Shown here piece after piece: positions 42,120 to 57,311 of a DNA stretch of 64,000 bases (its first letter is position 1; each line of letters starts with the position of its first letter). This stretch comes from Amoebidium appalachense. Taxonomy: Eukaryota; Protista; Ichthyosporea. The translations under genes and the position numbers were made by a program. The notes beneath the pieces were generated by a model. It saw nothing but the letters and a program-made list of their open reading frames with translations, did no database searches and had not been told where the DNA came from. The stretch spans positions 13,006,418 through 13,070,417 of the forward strand of contig CAVNZM010000001.1 in NCBI GenBank assembly GCA_963693365.1, written 5' to 3'.

Positions 42120-43101
42120 CACCCACATCGCCTTTCTGCTGACAGGCTGAGGACTGCCTTCTCCCGGACCTTGCAGATCTTTTCCCAGGTCTTTGCATAC
42201 TGGGTTGGGACAGAAGGAGATTGTGTGAGTGTTTTTAACTTTTCTGGCTAGCCTGAGCATGTATGTACCTGGGAAAAATGCTATCACAATGTTACCATAC
42301 CAAACCTAAAGATGACATGATAGGATGATACTTGCCCATGCTTAGGAGATATCCTAAAACACTACGATGATACTTAAACCCATACATACGACTTATCAAT
42401 ATCATCATTTCGATATCCATACGTTGTCTTTCGGACGGGAGCTAAAACACAATGATGGGGGGGGGGGGGGGGGGGGTTTGAATGCAGAATACGGTACGAA
42501 ATACGCATACACGATGAGAAGCATGGTGCAGGACACATGCAAAGGCAAACATTCAAGCATGCAACATCAGCCATGTGCACAGTATGCGTCATAAGCAGAG
42601 CCCATCCTCAGGGAGGACGCAAGGGGGGGGGGGGGGGGGTAGTTGTTTACCTTGCTGATCTCTGATGGCCGAGCACCACCCTCGTAGTCAGGCATGTCAG
42701 CTCCATACTTCACAGCTGACCACGAAATCTGAGTGGCAGACTTGTGGGCCATTGGATCCCGCAGTCCGCACTCAAATGTGTGGAGCATGAAGCTGAAGAG
42801 CTCGGGCAACGCCTTTTGAAACTCCTGTGTGGGTGTTGGTGTGTGTGTTGCGTGTACGTACACGTAAGCATGTGTGTATGTGGTGATGAGGAAAGGGGGT
42901 ATTCTCCATTAGCAGCAAATAAAACCGAATTCGACAATGAAAAATCTGAAATGACTTGAGGAAGTGGGAAGCTGAATGGATACTGGATAACCATGCATGT
43001 ACCGTTTCTCTGAGTGATAAGGATTTGATGTCTTGTGTGGTTATGTGTTGGTGATTCGTACGTGGGACAACAGGGGGAGGTGGGAGGGAGGGAGTGGGAG
43101 T

Positions 43102-43132
<31 letters not shown>

Positions 43133-43239
43133 TCACAGTGCATTAAGAATGAACCAATAAGGAAGAACAACAACATTAAACATGAATAAGCATGTTAAAA
43201 AAAGCAGCATGAGAAGATTTCGTCTTTGATTGGGGTGTG

Positions 43240-43270
<31 letters not shown>

Positions 43271-43552
43271 GGGGGGGGAGGGATGGGCACAAACGTTTAG
43301 TGTCTTGAAGCTGCTGAGGCGGTTCTTGATGTAGGAGCCGTTGATGGGGGACATGCACATGATGCGGTGAAGGGCGGGGTTGCCCCATGGGTTGCCCGTC
43401 ACCGAATCGACGCTGTACATGCGGCCACAGGGATGGTTGTTGCACTCAACTTGAACCTCCACCAACCACCCCTCCCACGTCTTCTTGCGGCACCTAACCT
43501 GGTCTGCCAACTTGTCGGGGTCGGCGGCATTGACAGGGGCAACCTGGAACAT
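42120..43552 (-). CDS. Partial multi-exon gene of unknown function (possible Crypton-like recombinase)
   Basis: Exons bounded by AG/GT at 43552-43295, 42824-42651 and from ~42305. They give ...FECGLRDP...QISWSAVK...EISK|VWYGNIVIAFFPGTYMLRLARKVKN. Confidence 0.4.
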
Positions 43553-44789
43553 CTGTGTTGGTGGGCATGGAGGCATTTGAGAGTTTTTTGGAAGGGGGGG
43601 GGAGGGGGGGGGAGGGGGGGGGATGGGAGGGGCTTTTGGTGTGTGTGTTTTTTTGTATGTGTGGGTGGGGAAGTGAGTGAGTGAGTGTGTGTGTGTGTTT
43701 GGGGGGGGGGGGGGGGGGGGGGGTTAGAATGAATGAATAACACTAAATGCTAACATGTGAAACACGCGTACGTTGTGCTGAAAGACAAAAGCACAAACTT
43801 ATGAAGTCTAGAGAAGCAGAAAATAGCTTGAACGACTGGTGGAGGGGATGATAGCTATAGTGCTAACAGGAAAAGTAGTGCCCACAGTCGCTGGTTCATG
43901 AACGTGAAAAGGCAACGTGCATCTGCAGCCAGCAGAACACACGCACACGCACGCACACACACACACATACACACACACGCACACAGACACAGACACAGAC
44001 ACAGATATAATCACAGGCACGGACACAGACCAGACAGACAAACGCCATATGCACAAAAGCAGGCAACACAAAACTAACCTTCAAACGGCCTTTCAGCCGT
44101 TAGGCGAAGATGCTTCAGCATGCAGCATGGTCGAAACCATTCAGCACGGTGGCTGCGCGACCTGCGGAGGGGACCTGTGACCAGGCGACCTGCGGGAAGG
44201 GAACTGCGACCAGGCGACCTGCGGGAAGGGACCTGCGGAACTGCGGACCTGCGGGAAGGGGGAAAAGAAATGGAGCAAACAACGTGCGTACAGGCTTAAA
44301 CGGACAAAAAATTGAAAACCGGATTGGGTTTAGCCAATCACTATTTGCTATTTGCTATAGTTCGGTTTAGTAACCGCCGCGCCTGATTAGGGAAAAGATA
44401 AAAATAGATTTCGGCTCGCGCGCGCGCGTGCATCAGCTTGGTGCCCTTAGCGGTGCCCTTAGTCACAACTATCAGACTATAGTTACGTGTCCTCCACGTG
44501 ACCCCAGTCTTCCGAGGTGGTGTCATAGGTGGGCGCCAACACCAATAAATTGACTGGTGACGGGTGTACAACCAAAGAAACTCAGCAGCACATATAACAA
44601 CGTTGATGCTATACCCTGCCTAGTTGACGTAATAACTAGTGCACCATCGCACGCGTGACCCCCCCCCCCCCCCCCTGGGGGGGTGTTTTTGCCACGCGGT
44701 ACCCCTGATATTGTAGGTGTACACTGGCCCCACAACCCCAACTGTGTGCTGAATATCTCGTGCTAGGAAACCAATAACGCGAAAGTAAC

Positions 44790-47047
44790 ACATGCTGCAT
44801 GATATATGATGTATATGGTACAAAGGGGGTTTCAATCCGGGCTACAATGTTGTGTTTTTTTCGGGTGACCCTCGTACTCCAGAGGCACACTCACCATCCC
44901 CCCCATAAACTTTGTGGTAAATTTCTCGTGCCAGAAGCTGTTCTGTGGGTAGTTATTGAAAAAACCAATAATGTGTAAGCAACACATGTACATATACTAT
45001 GCTACAAGGGGGGTTCTATTCGAGCTACAACGTTGTGTTTTTTTCGTGTGACCCTCGTACTCCAGGGGCACATTCCCCATCCCCCCATAAACTGTGTGGT
45101 AAATTTCTCGTGCTAGAAGCTGTTCTGTGGGTAGTTTTTGAAAAAACCAAAAATGTCTAGGTAACACATGGACATATACTATGCTACAAGGGGGGTTCTA
45201 TACGAGCTACAACTTTGTGTTTTTTTCGTGTGACCCTCGTACTCCAGGGGCACATTCACCATCCCCCCCACAAACTTTGTGGTAAATTTCTCGTGCTAGA
45301 GGCTATTCTGTGGCTAGTTATTGAAAAACCAATAATGTCTAGGTAACATATGTACATATTCTATGCTACAAGGGGGGTTCTATACGAGCTACAACGTTGT
45401 GTTTTTTTTTGTGTGACCCTCGTACTCCAGGGGCACATTCCCCATCCCCCCCATAAACTGTGTGGTAAATTTCTCGTGCTAGAAGCTGTTCTGTGGGTAG
45501 TTATTGAAAAAACCAACTTAATGTGTAAGCAACACATGTACATATACTATGCTACAAGGGGGGTTCTATTCGAGCTACAACGTTGTGTTTTTTTCGTGTG
45601 ACCCTCGCACTCCAGGGGCACATTCCCCATCCCCCCCATAAACTGTGTGGTAACTTTCTCGTGCTAGAAGCTGTTCTGTGGGTAGTTATTGAAAAAACCA
45701 ATAATGTGTAAGCAACACATGTACATATACTATGCTACAAGGGGGGTTCTATTCGAGCTACAACGTTGTGTTTTTTTCGTGTGACCCTCGTACTCCAGGG
45801 GCACATTCCCCATCCCCCCCATAAACTGTGTGGTAAATTTCTCGTGCTAGAAGCTGTTCTGTGGGTAGTTATTGAAAAAACCAATAATGTGTAAGCAACG
45901 CATGTACATATACTATGCTACAAGGGGGGTTCTATTCGAGCTACAACGTTGTGTTTTTTTCGTGTGACCCTCGTACTCCAGGGGCACATTCCCCATCCCC
46001 CCCATAAACTGTGTGGTAAATTGCTCGTGCTAGAAGCTGTTCTGTGGGTAGTTATTGAAAAAACCAATAATGTGTAAGCAACACATGTACATATACTATG
46101 CTACAAGGGGGGTTCTATTCGAGCTACAACGTTGTGTTTTTTTCGTGTGACCCTCGTACTCCAGGGGGGCACATTCCCCATCCCCCCCATAAACTGTGTG
46201 GTAAATTTCTCGTGCTAGAAGCTGTTCTGTGGGTAGTTATAGAAAAAACCAAAAATGTCTAGGTAACACATGGACATATACTATGCTACAAGGGGGGTTC
46301 TAGACGAGCTACAACTTTGTGTTTTTTTCGTGTGACCCTCGTACTCCAGGGGCACATTCACCATCCCCCCCACAAACTTTATGGTAAATTTCTCGTGCTA
46401 GAGGCTATTCTGTGGGTAGTTATTAAAAAACCAATAAGGTCTAGGTAACATATGTACATATTCTATGCTACAAGGGGGGTTCTATACGAGCTACAACTTT
46501 GTGTTTTTTTCGTGTGACCCTCGTACTCCAGGGGCACATTCACCATCCCCCCCACAAACGTTATGGTAAATGTCTCGTGCTAGAGGCTATTCTGTGGGTA
46601 GTTTTGAAAAACCAATAATGTCTAGGTAACATATGTACATATTCTATGCTACAAGGGGGGTTCTATACGAGCTACAACGTTGTGTTTTTTTTTGTGTGAC
46701 CCTCGTACTCCAGGGGCACATTCCCCATCCCCCCCATAAACTGTGTGGTAAATTGCTCGTGCTAGAGGCTGTTATGTTGGTAGTTATTGAAAAAACCAAA
46801 AATGCCTACTGAGGTAACACATGGACATATACTATGCTACAAGGGGGGTTCTATACGAGCTACAACGTTGTGTTTTTTTCGTGTGACCCTCGTACTCCAG
46901 GGGCACATTTACCATCCCCCCCATAAACTTTGTGGTAAATTTCTCGTGCTAGAGGCTGTTCTGTGGGTAGTTATTGAAAACCCAATAATGTCTAGGTAAC
47001 ATATGTACATATACTATGCTACAAGGGGGGTTCTATGCTACAAGGGG
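44790..47047. repeat. Tandem satellite array, ~183-bp unit, about 12 copies
   Basis: The anchor gctacaagggggg recurs at about 45001, 45183, 45365, 45551, 45734, 45917, 46100, 46284, 46467, 46648, 46836 and 47018. Confidence 0.97.
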
Positions 47048-47081
47048 TGCATGTGCATGTACATGTGCATGTGTGTGTGTG

Positions 47082-47121
<40 letters not shown>

Positions 47122-47849
47122 GGAGGGAGGGAGGGACGGAGGGAGGGAGGGACGGGGGGAGGGAGGGAGGGATGGTTGGGAGGGAGGGAGGGAGGGGGGA
47201 GGGAGGGACGGAGGGAGGGACGGAGGGAGGGAGGGAGGGATGGTTGGGAGGGAGGGAGGGAGGGGGGAGGGGGGAGGGAGGGTGGGAGGGAGGGAGAAAA
47301 GAGAGAGAGACAGTGTGTGTGTGTGCATATCTGTATGTGTGTGTGTGTGTGTGTGTTTGCGTGTGTGTGTGTGTGTGCATATGTGAGTGTGCATGTGCAT
47401 GTGTGTGTGTCTGTGTGTGCATATGTGCATGTGTGTGTGTGTGCGTGTGTGTGTGTGTGTATGCGTGTCTGTGTCTGATGTGTGGATGTCTGTGTATGTT
47501 GTGTGTGTGTGCATGTCTGTGTGTGTGTATGTGCTCAGTTGAAAGGGCAGGGGGGGAGAGGGGGGATGCACCGTGTGTGTGCATGTGTGCACGTGTGTGT
47601 GTGTGTGCTCTGTGGAGAGGGAAGGGGAGGGGGGAAATGCACCGTGTGTGGGCATGTATGTGTGTGTGTGTGTGTGTGTGTGTCTGTGTGTATGTGTGTG
47701 TGTGTGTTGTGTGTTTGTGTGTGTGTGCATGTCTGTGTGCGTCGTGTGTGGTGTGTGTGTGTATGTGCATGTCTGTGCATGTGTGCATGTGCTCGGTGGA
47801 GAGGGAAGGGGAAGGGGGGGATTCGTGTCCGTGCATGTCTGCATGTGTG

Positions 47850-47888
<39 letters not shown>

Positions 47889-47994
47889 ATGTATGTGTGT
47901 GTGTATGTGCTCGGTTGAGAGGGAAGGGGGGGGGGGGGGGGGGGGGGGATGCACCATGTGTGTGCATGTGTGCACGTGTGTGTGTCTCTTCACC

Positions 47995-48258
47995 TGCACT
48001 TCAGAGCATGGGGACAAGCTTCTGAATCGTGCCTTCGTTCGATACTACACAGAGCGCAGGCATCTGGACGAACACACACGTTGTCCCCGACTGACATGGG
48101 AGATGGTTGGTGCGAATGCGCAGCGAAGACCGAGGTACGACGTTATTGACGTCGAGTCTATATTGGGGACTTTCCACTGCATCCCGGTGAAGGTCCCTGT
48201 AGGGGGGAGGAAGGAGTTCCTCGTTAACAAATACGTGCACATGGGTCGTAACTCTTGA
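47995..48258 (+). pseudogene. C-terminal exon of a Plavaka/EnSpm-like transposase
   Basis: AFVRYY...DEHTRCPRL...[18 protein letters not shown]...FLVNKYV resembles the C-terminus I recall from Plavaka-type transposases. Upstream exons were not identified. Confidence 0.55.
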
Positions 48259-48819
48259 ATTGAGTGCATGGTTTGTAAATGTCAGGTGTTTTCTATCAGA
48301 TTATCTTCAGTTTTGTTTTTTTTGTTTATTAAATAAGTTCTTTTGGCACCGCTCTTGATTTACTTTCAATACATGTACACGCATATGGACTTCATACCGG
48401 CATGTTCACCGCCGTCTATACGCTACACTGTTCAGCTTTCCGCAATATAATTATCCCACTACTATAATCCCCTGCCGTTCCAGGCACCCACAAACTCTGC
48501 TAGTTGTTGTACCCCCTCCGAGTCAGCATCCGATTCGTTCTCTTATGTATTCTCTCTCAAGTATGCCAGCATTCCCACGAAACCCCCATAAAACGTCCAT
48601 TGTTATATGTATCCAGAAGGCCGTGCCACCAGTTATTATTTACAATTTTACAAGAAAATTATTAACATCTATTATATTACACATACCTGCCTAATGATAG
48701 TGGTATCATATAGCTATTGAAAACCAGGGTGTGTATACACTAATACTATGCCCTAGTTAACATATGCAGGCTAGGAGAAGCACGTAAGTATAGAGACAAG
48801 AAAGCGGGTGCTACAGCTA

Positions 48820-49410
48820 ACGTTTACACCCGCGAATGTTATTTTTCCTACATGTGCAACATCAACTACTCAGGGCACCACCAAATAATGAATAACACGT
48901 GTTCCACGTGCAAGTAGCAGTTGACACTTGGTACAAAGTAGGAAATGGGTGCTAGGAACGTGTGCACCGAGTTTTCGCCGTACACCACAAAACCCCATCA
49001 AGCCCCCCCACTTTCCCACCCGGCGGGTACGTTTTTCCTATATGTGCCTTCATATGGCTAGGTGCACTTTTGTTGCCACCCACGAACCAATGGCCTGGGA
49101 GCATCCATCTTTTGGGAATTGCAGCATATAGGTACTAGGGAGGTGTGGGCCAAGTTACAGGGCTGCAGCCAAAATACCAAACCCCCCCCCCCCCCCCCCC
49201 CGACGTTTACACCCGCGAATGTTATTTTTCCTACATGTGCAACATCAACTACTCAAAGCACCACCAAATGATGAATAACACGTGTTCAATGTGCAAGTAG
49301 CAGTTGACACTTGGTACAAAGTAGCATATGGGTGCTAGGAACGTGTGCACCAATTTTTAGCCGTGCACCACAAAACCCCACCAAGCCCCCCACTTTCCCA
49401 CCCGGCGGGT
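48820..49410. repeat. Direct duplication of ~205 bp (48820-49028 and 49203-49410)
   Basis: acgtttacacccgcgaatgttatttttcc...ctttcccacccggcgggt occurs twice. Confidence 0.9.
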
Positions 49411-49459
49411 GGGGAAAGTGGGGGGAAGTTGGTGGGGTTTTGTGGTCCCCCCCCCCCCC

Positions 49460-51100
<1,641 letters not shown>

Positions 51101-51229
51101 TGTCACTAAACTATATTTTTCCTTTTTTTTTTCTTCCTCTTTTTATCTATTTCTTCCCCTTGATTTGTGGAACCGAGTATAACGTGGTTGTGTAACTTTG
51201 TGCCGTGGATAAGTATTACTTATGTGATA

Positions 51230-52965
51230 GATATAAGACCAGACATAATTTATTTATCAATGGTGGTCATTAGCCATCATATGGTCATGCGATGGATCGG
51301 TAAAGATGTATAATGTTTATCCGGAAATGCCTTATTACATATCAAATACACCCTAATAGATATGCTGCAGATATACAGTACCAAAATTATGCAATTAATC
51401 CAGTGGATATACCCTAGCCATGTAGCTACAGATGTATCTGGCTATCTGTATGGGTATCAACCCAGATAGCTGTTATAGTGATATTTTGAGTATTAGATAC
51501 GGGTGTAAATGGATATCCCAAAACATGTATGTTTGTTAAGTGTTAGGCATTAGGTTGGGCATCTACTTTGATATGTTTGTTTTTCATGCATTAGGTATCA
51601 ACATAGGTGCCGAGTGCATATGTAGGTGTATATGTATCCGCATATCATGTTGGATATTAAGCTTAGATATTGTGAATGGTGATGCATTGTATATGAATAT
51701 CGACATATATTGGATGGGTAAGCAGGGGTGCATATGGATAGCCGTTGGAGATCGGTATGGGGGTCTATTGTGATATGTATTTTCGTCATGCATTGGATAT
51801 TAGTATTAGGGTCTAGTGGATGGGCAAATGCAGGTGTATCAAGATATCTGTATGGATGTTGAGCCTAGATAACCAGTATAGCTATCCATTGTGTCTTAGT
51901 ATGATTGTCTATTGGACATCAGCGTGCGGGTGTATATGGATAACCGTCAGAGCCATATTTGGTGATCTAATTGGATATGTGGAATCGTCATGCTTTCAAG
52001 TTGGTTATTATAGGAGGGTCTAGTGGACAAGCAAATGCGTATGTATCTGGATATCGGAATGGATATCCATTGAACGTATCCAATATGGGCATGCATTGTT
52101 CATTAGCGTTGGGATCAAGTGCACATGTATTAGCGATCCATCTGGATATATCAATGGATATCCAATATGGACATCCACTATAGACCGCCATTGGATATAC
52201 TTGTTAGGTGTATTGCATGTCTTGCTACAGGGATATCTTGATATCTGTATGGGGATATTGATTGGATATCCATGTCAGTCATGTATTGGATATGTTGTTG
52301 CTGATCCAGTCTAATATACAGCTAAGCATCCAAATGGGTATCCAGAATGTTACATATCCATATAGCTATCCAACGGAGGAATGCAGTTGAAATTCCATCA
52401 TTGGATATCCAGCGTCGATATCCATTGTGGGCATCTGTCTAATATCCAATACATGCCGAACCAACCAGATGGCGTTTGATGTCTGCATTCATATGCATCT
52501 AATGTGTATTTAATGGCCATTATAGGTGCAATTATGTATCCATATAAGCATTGATTGCATATCCAGATATGTGATATCACAACGATGCTCAATGGAGGTA
52601 CAGCATGGATATCCATATGTGATATCTAATGGGGGTGCAATATCTTGATCACTATCTAAGCATGCAACTACATATATATTGGACATCGGTTGGAGGTCAG
52701 GATGAAATAGACATGTTGTATATATCCAGTGGATGGTATTGATATGTTCGACCGAAACCATCCTACATATCGTTTGTATATCCAAAAGGTATCCATTAAT
52801 ATACAGTTGCATATCCTAGATGGGTTTGATATGTTTTGGATGTTCGCGCAAGATTGCTGATGGTCGTATGGGGCATATAATGAGATCATTATAATGATCG
52901 TATGGGGGTAAAATTAGCGATCCTTATGGTGGTCGTATGGGGCTTCTATGAAAAACTACTCCGGG
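51230..52965. repeat. AT-rich degenerate repeat region dense in GGATAT/ATATCC words
   Basis: Many ggatatcc/tggatat words and no credible ORF. It resembles 40906-41695 in composition and is followed by (TA)n at 52999-53160. Confidence 0.6.
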
Positions 52966-52995
52966 GGTCATTCATTCCCAGGACACCCCTACCCC

Positions 52996-53076
<81 letters not shown>

Positions 53077-53133
53077 TACTATATATATATACATAAAACT
53101 ATTGTACTTATACATTATAAAAACTTTCCAACT

Positions 53134-53165
<32 letters not shown>

Positions 53166-53639
53166 AAACTATTGTACTTATACATTATAAAAACAGTATT
53201 TATTATTGCAGAATTCGCCGTTTCTTATTAGTTTACATACGTCGGAAACCTCATATTAAGATGCTCAGAATCGCCTTCACAGTATAGGAATGCTTTGTTT
53301 TCGACGTCGACGATACCCATCATGTTAGCCTACACAGTATACATACGTAGAACAGGCTTACGACGTCCATAGCACATCCATAGCATTGGAATAGGTGCTA
53401 CATTTGGTTAATGGACGGTGTAAACGCATGCACAGCATGTCCATAGGATGACATTGGCATATACACATGAGGGTCGAGAAATCAGTGGACCTCTTTATTA
53501 TCCTGTAACATGCTTGTCGACGTCGACGATGGGTTTTCAGCTTTTCCATCCATTAAAATGTCGAGGGTACCAAACGCAGCCACTCAGGTATCGTAAACTA
53601 CTCCGAACCCGTCGTCGACGTCGTAGAGGGGTTTCCGAT

Positions 53640-54245
53640 GGGGGGGGAAGATTGCTGATGTTAGTAACAGTATCAGGGGGTGCCATAGCTAGTAAGGGCA
53701 ACCCATATTCAGACAAAGGCGAATGTATATATGTGCGAAATATACTAAGACGATTGTATAGGTGGACAGTATGAGAAAGAGTAGCAAGATACACATCCCT
53801 AAATAACCGAAGACACCTGCCTGCACTCTCCACCCGACGGTCGATCATCCGTTTGAAACATATGCCCCATTCGTCCACCGGAATCCCCAAATACTTGTAT
53901 TCGATTGGACGAGGGAGGGGACTGCCGAAAATACAAACGTCGTCCCATGCCGGTATCGATTTTGATAAAAGGGCACACTTTTTGACATTAACCTTCATAT
54001 CGTTGCGCTGGCACCAATGTTCAACCACACGAATGTATTGCCGTAGTTCGAGAGGATCGGATGACATAAGCACAATATCGTCGGCAAAAAAGAGGGCGGG
54101 GGGAGCCTGGGATGGCAACCCCCCGTCAATTTGTGCCGCAGAAAGAGTGTCGGCTAAATCATCAATATACAGCTTGAAAAGAAGAGGGCTTAGCAGGGAC
54201 CCTTGAAGTACCCCGCGCGTGCGGGTAAACCCTGGGCTAGTAGCC
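53640..54245 (-). pseudogene. Non-LTR (LINE-like) reverse transcriptase fragment
   Basis: RGVLQGSLLSPLLFKLYIDDL...LFFADDIVL...MKVNVKKC...YKYLGI. Truncated at both ends. Confidence 0.9.
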
Positions 54246-55091
54246 GCCCATTAACTAAAAGGTGATCACGATATCGTCGATCACTTTGTGACGCACTGCG
54301 GTGACAGTGTAGAGCAGAGTAGAAGAAAGCTGTCTGGAGCGAGCTTTTTTTTTTTTTTTTTGTAGTGCATAACAGTCAAACTCGAGTGTGGATATCTTTG
54401 AACACGAGTACTAGTAGGAGGTTTCCTCTTTGTCGAAGTATTGTTTGTTGTTTTTTTTTGACAAATAGTAAGTTAAGATAGTCGCAGAAGTTCTTTCTTT
54501 TTACAACTTTTTTATTGACTGCGGCTGAGCTGTCAATGTTAGGCACCTCATAGAATTATGGTCGGATCATTTTTCGAAGCTTCGTGAGCATGAATTATTG
54601 GCGGCAACTGATCTGAGTGCGAGTTGATGGCGCTTCAAGCTGAGATTGGTCAGGGCCCACGGCCATCTAGAGGACTCAGGCCGTCCGTCAGTGAGGTGAT
54701 CGGAATTTTCTCATTAGCTTGAGTCTAGCGGAAGGTACGGTCTATTTTTTGGCGGGAAAAACTATCCCCTTAGATTTATCCGGCTATGGCAGCAACGTGA
54801 TTACGGAAGGGAGTAAAATTATTTAAATTCTCAAATAGACGATTCCAGGCATCTGATTGGATCTATAAACGAAACAGCCGATTACAGAGGGGCGGTCAAT
54901 CGCCGGTCTGTGTGGCCTGCGCCGTTGCAGTTCACGGCAATGGGGAGCAGGTGAGGGCGGCGTGTTGACGGCACAGTATCATCGAATACAGCCCATCTTT
55001 ACTTTTCACACGGGGTGGGCTTAAGGCCCACCTCACCCACTCTTTGCAATACTTCTTTCGGCTTTTCATTTTCTTCCTTACCAACCCAAAG

Positions 55092-56170
55092 ATGGGCAAC
55101 CCATGTTTTGTGTACAACTGCAAGAGTAACTATGCTAGCGAAGTCCGCAAGAATAGGGGCAAGGAGAACATAGACCCACAGGGAAAGATAAACCCTAAGG
55201 GAACTGTTTCTACCTTTAGGTTTCCAAATCCCGATAAGGTGCCTGAGTTATGGGAGCTGTGGTATAACAACTGTAGCAAAGCAGGGACCACCTGGGATGG
55301 TGTTGAACACTTCAAACAAATTTACAAAGACGGTAGGCCTTACGTTTGCGTTAAGCATTTCCTTCATGAAGACTACCCCCCAATAGGTGCTACAAATGAC
55401 AGACACCCGCAGCCCGTTACTAAAAGCAAGTTACGTTCGCAAGGGACCCAAAGTCCTACCCTGCCATCGCCCCCCGCATCTTTTGTGACCCACATGACCC
55501 CGCAAAAAAAATTGTTCTCCCGGCGACAAAATTGGTGATTCGTACTGCAGCATCCAAAAGAGAAGCGCGGAGGGAAGAGGAGGAAACGGCAGAGCGCAAG
55601 AAAGCGGAGGAAGAGGAGAAGCAACGGGTTCGGGCGGAGAATGAAGAGCGCAAGTTGGCTGCACAACAAAAGCGCTTACGCGAGTTAAATGAGCGGGAAA
55701 CAGCAGAGCGCACCAAGCGAGCTGCACTTGAGCAGGAAAGAGCACGCGAGCTTGCAGACCACATTAAGCTACCGGACCCTGTCTTTATTTATCGTGTCAA
55801 ATCGTCCAATACCACCCGGGCTGGTCGGCCCACAGGACCCCTGCCGGCGTTGTTTTGTCTTGTTCAACACACACCCACGTGACTATCGAGGGGGGAGGGC
55901 AGCTACCGATCGCGCTTCAAGCAGGCCACGTCAACATTACCCCAGACGGCCACTACATATCTTTCGCCATGCTACCCGCACAACTCCCAACTGAGCCGCT
56001 AACAACCGTTAACATTCTAAGTCCCACTCCAACTTCGTAAAGAACGAAACCTACAGACTGCGGTTGGAGGCGCTGCTGAAACAGAAAAAGAACGCGGAGA
56101 AGGAGGGGGAAGGCGGGAAACCAACAAACCAAACCGGCCACCCCAAACCTGCACAGTTAGATCAGATGGT
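55092..56170 (+). pseudogene. THAP zinc-finger plus coiled-coil protein (transposase N-terminus), frameshifted
   Basis: C2CH THAP signature MGNPCFVYNC...TFRFP...WELW...YVCVKHF...SPTL. An E/R/K-rich coiled coil follows a shift at the A run (~55504-55511). No catalytic DDE domain is seen. Confidence 0.8.
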
Positions 56171-56511
56171 ACGTAAGGAGAACGTTATCATGCACAGGGT
56201 AAGTTGAACGTGTGATGAGTGTATATAGTTCAGTGCTAGCAAATATACGAACTTTCCTACATTAGCTCTATTGTTTCCTCAATAGCAACCTGTCAATAGC
56301 CACGGTCAATAGCCACAGTCATATGGCAGTGTGTTGTGATTAGGGATAGGTCTATAGTTTGCAGACTTAGTAGTTCGAAGTATAGGGGTTCTTGTGTTAG
56401 CAACACCCACACAACTCAGTGCACTCAAGCCAAGCACACATTTACGCCCACGCATACACACACACACACACAGACACACACACACAGACACACACACACA
56501 CACGCACACAC

Positions 56512-56548
<37 letters not shown>

Positions 56549-57243
56549 AGCATGTGGTTATTAGGGCACAATGTACACGTAGGTAATATTACATACCATT
56601 TGCATAGATTCGGGCTATATTTTCTTTGCTTCTTCAATTTGGATTGAGAGAAAAGCAGAGCAAAACAAGTAGAGTAGGTGAGCTTAGCAGCAGAAGTTGT
56701 ACCTTTAGGTGGGTGCTTGACAACTCAAACGTTAACAACAGTAAACAACGGGTTGAACACGGGTTGATCGTAGCTTTGGGGAGAATGTTTTGGTACACGA
56801 TGAACACCGATACGTTTGTAACCAAAGAGACTTCTGTTTACAACGGATAAAAGAAAAAAGAGTGCCTAAGATTCTACTTGCTTCTAAAACGTGTTGCTCT
56901 GTGTCAAGCTGTCAGTAAGAGGCAGAAAGAAACAACGGAAGCACTCACAGAAAGCACTCACCACCGAATAGCTGCTGCATTCAGTAGCGATGAAGGTTGC
57001 AGACTGCGCAGCCTGGGCTCGGTTGTTATCCCCGCGTGCCTTGAACGCGTAGTTCTACAGCTCTTCGACCAAGTTATGCCTTTCTTAGTGTGCCAACACA
57101 AAAAACACGTGGTAGTTCAGTGAAGTTTCGCGTTACATACGTGTCCACGAATAGCCCGTCGGGTCATCAACAGACCCGGATCTGACCCATATGTGGATCT
57201 TCTACTATTAGTTATCAGTCTAGATCAACCAGAAGTTGACCCG

Positions 57244-57311
57244 AATCGTTAGCATCGGAACCACGTCGCGATTACATAATCGTTAGCATCGGAACCACGT
57301 CGCGATTACAT
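57244..57311. repeat. Exact 34-bp tandem duplication inside the THAP element
   Basis: aatcgttagcatcggaaccacgtcgcgattacat occurs twice. Confidence 0.95.

Noticed and set aside
44790-47047. Array as a CRISPR or tandem RNA gene cluster
   Set aside because: The whole unit is repeated with no spacers, and no 5S, tRNA or snRNA features were recognised.
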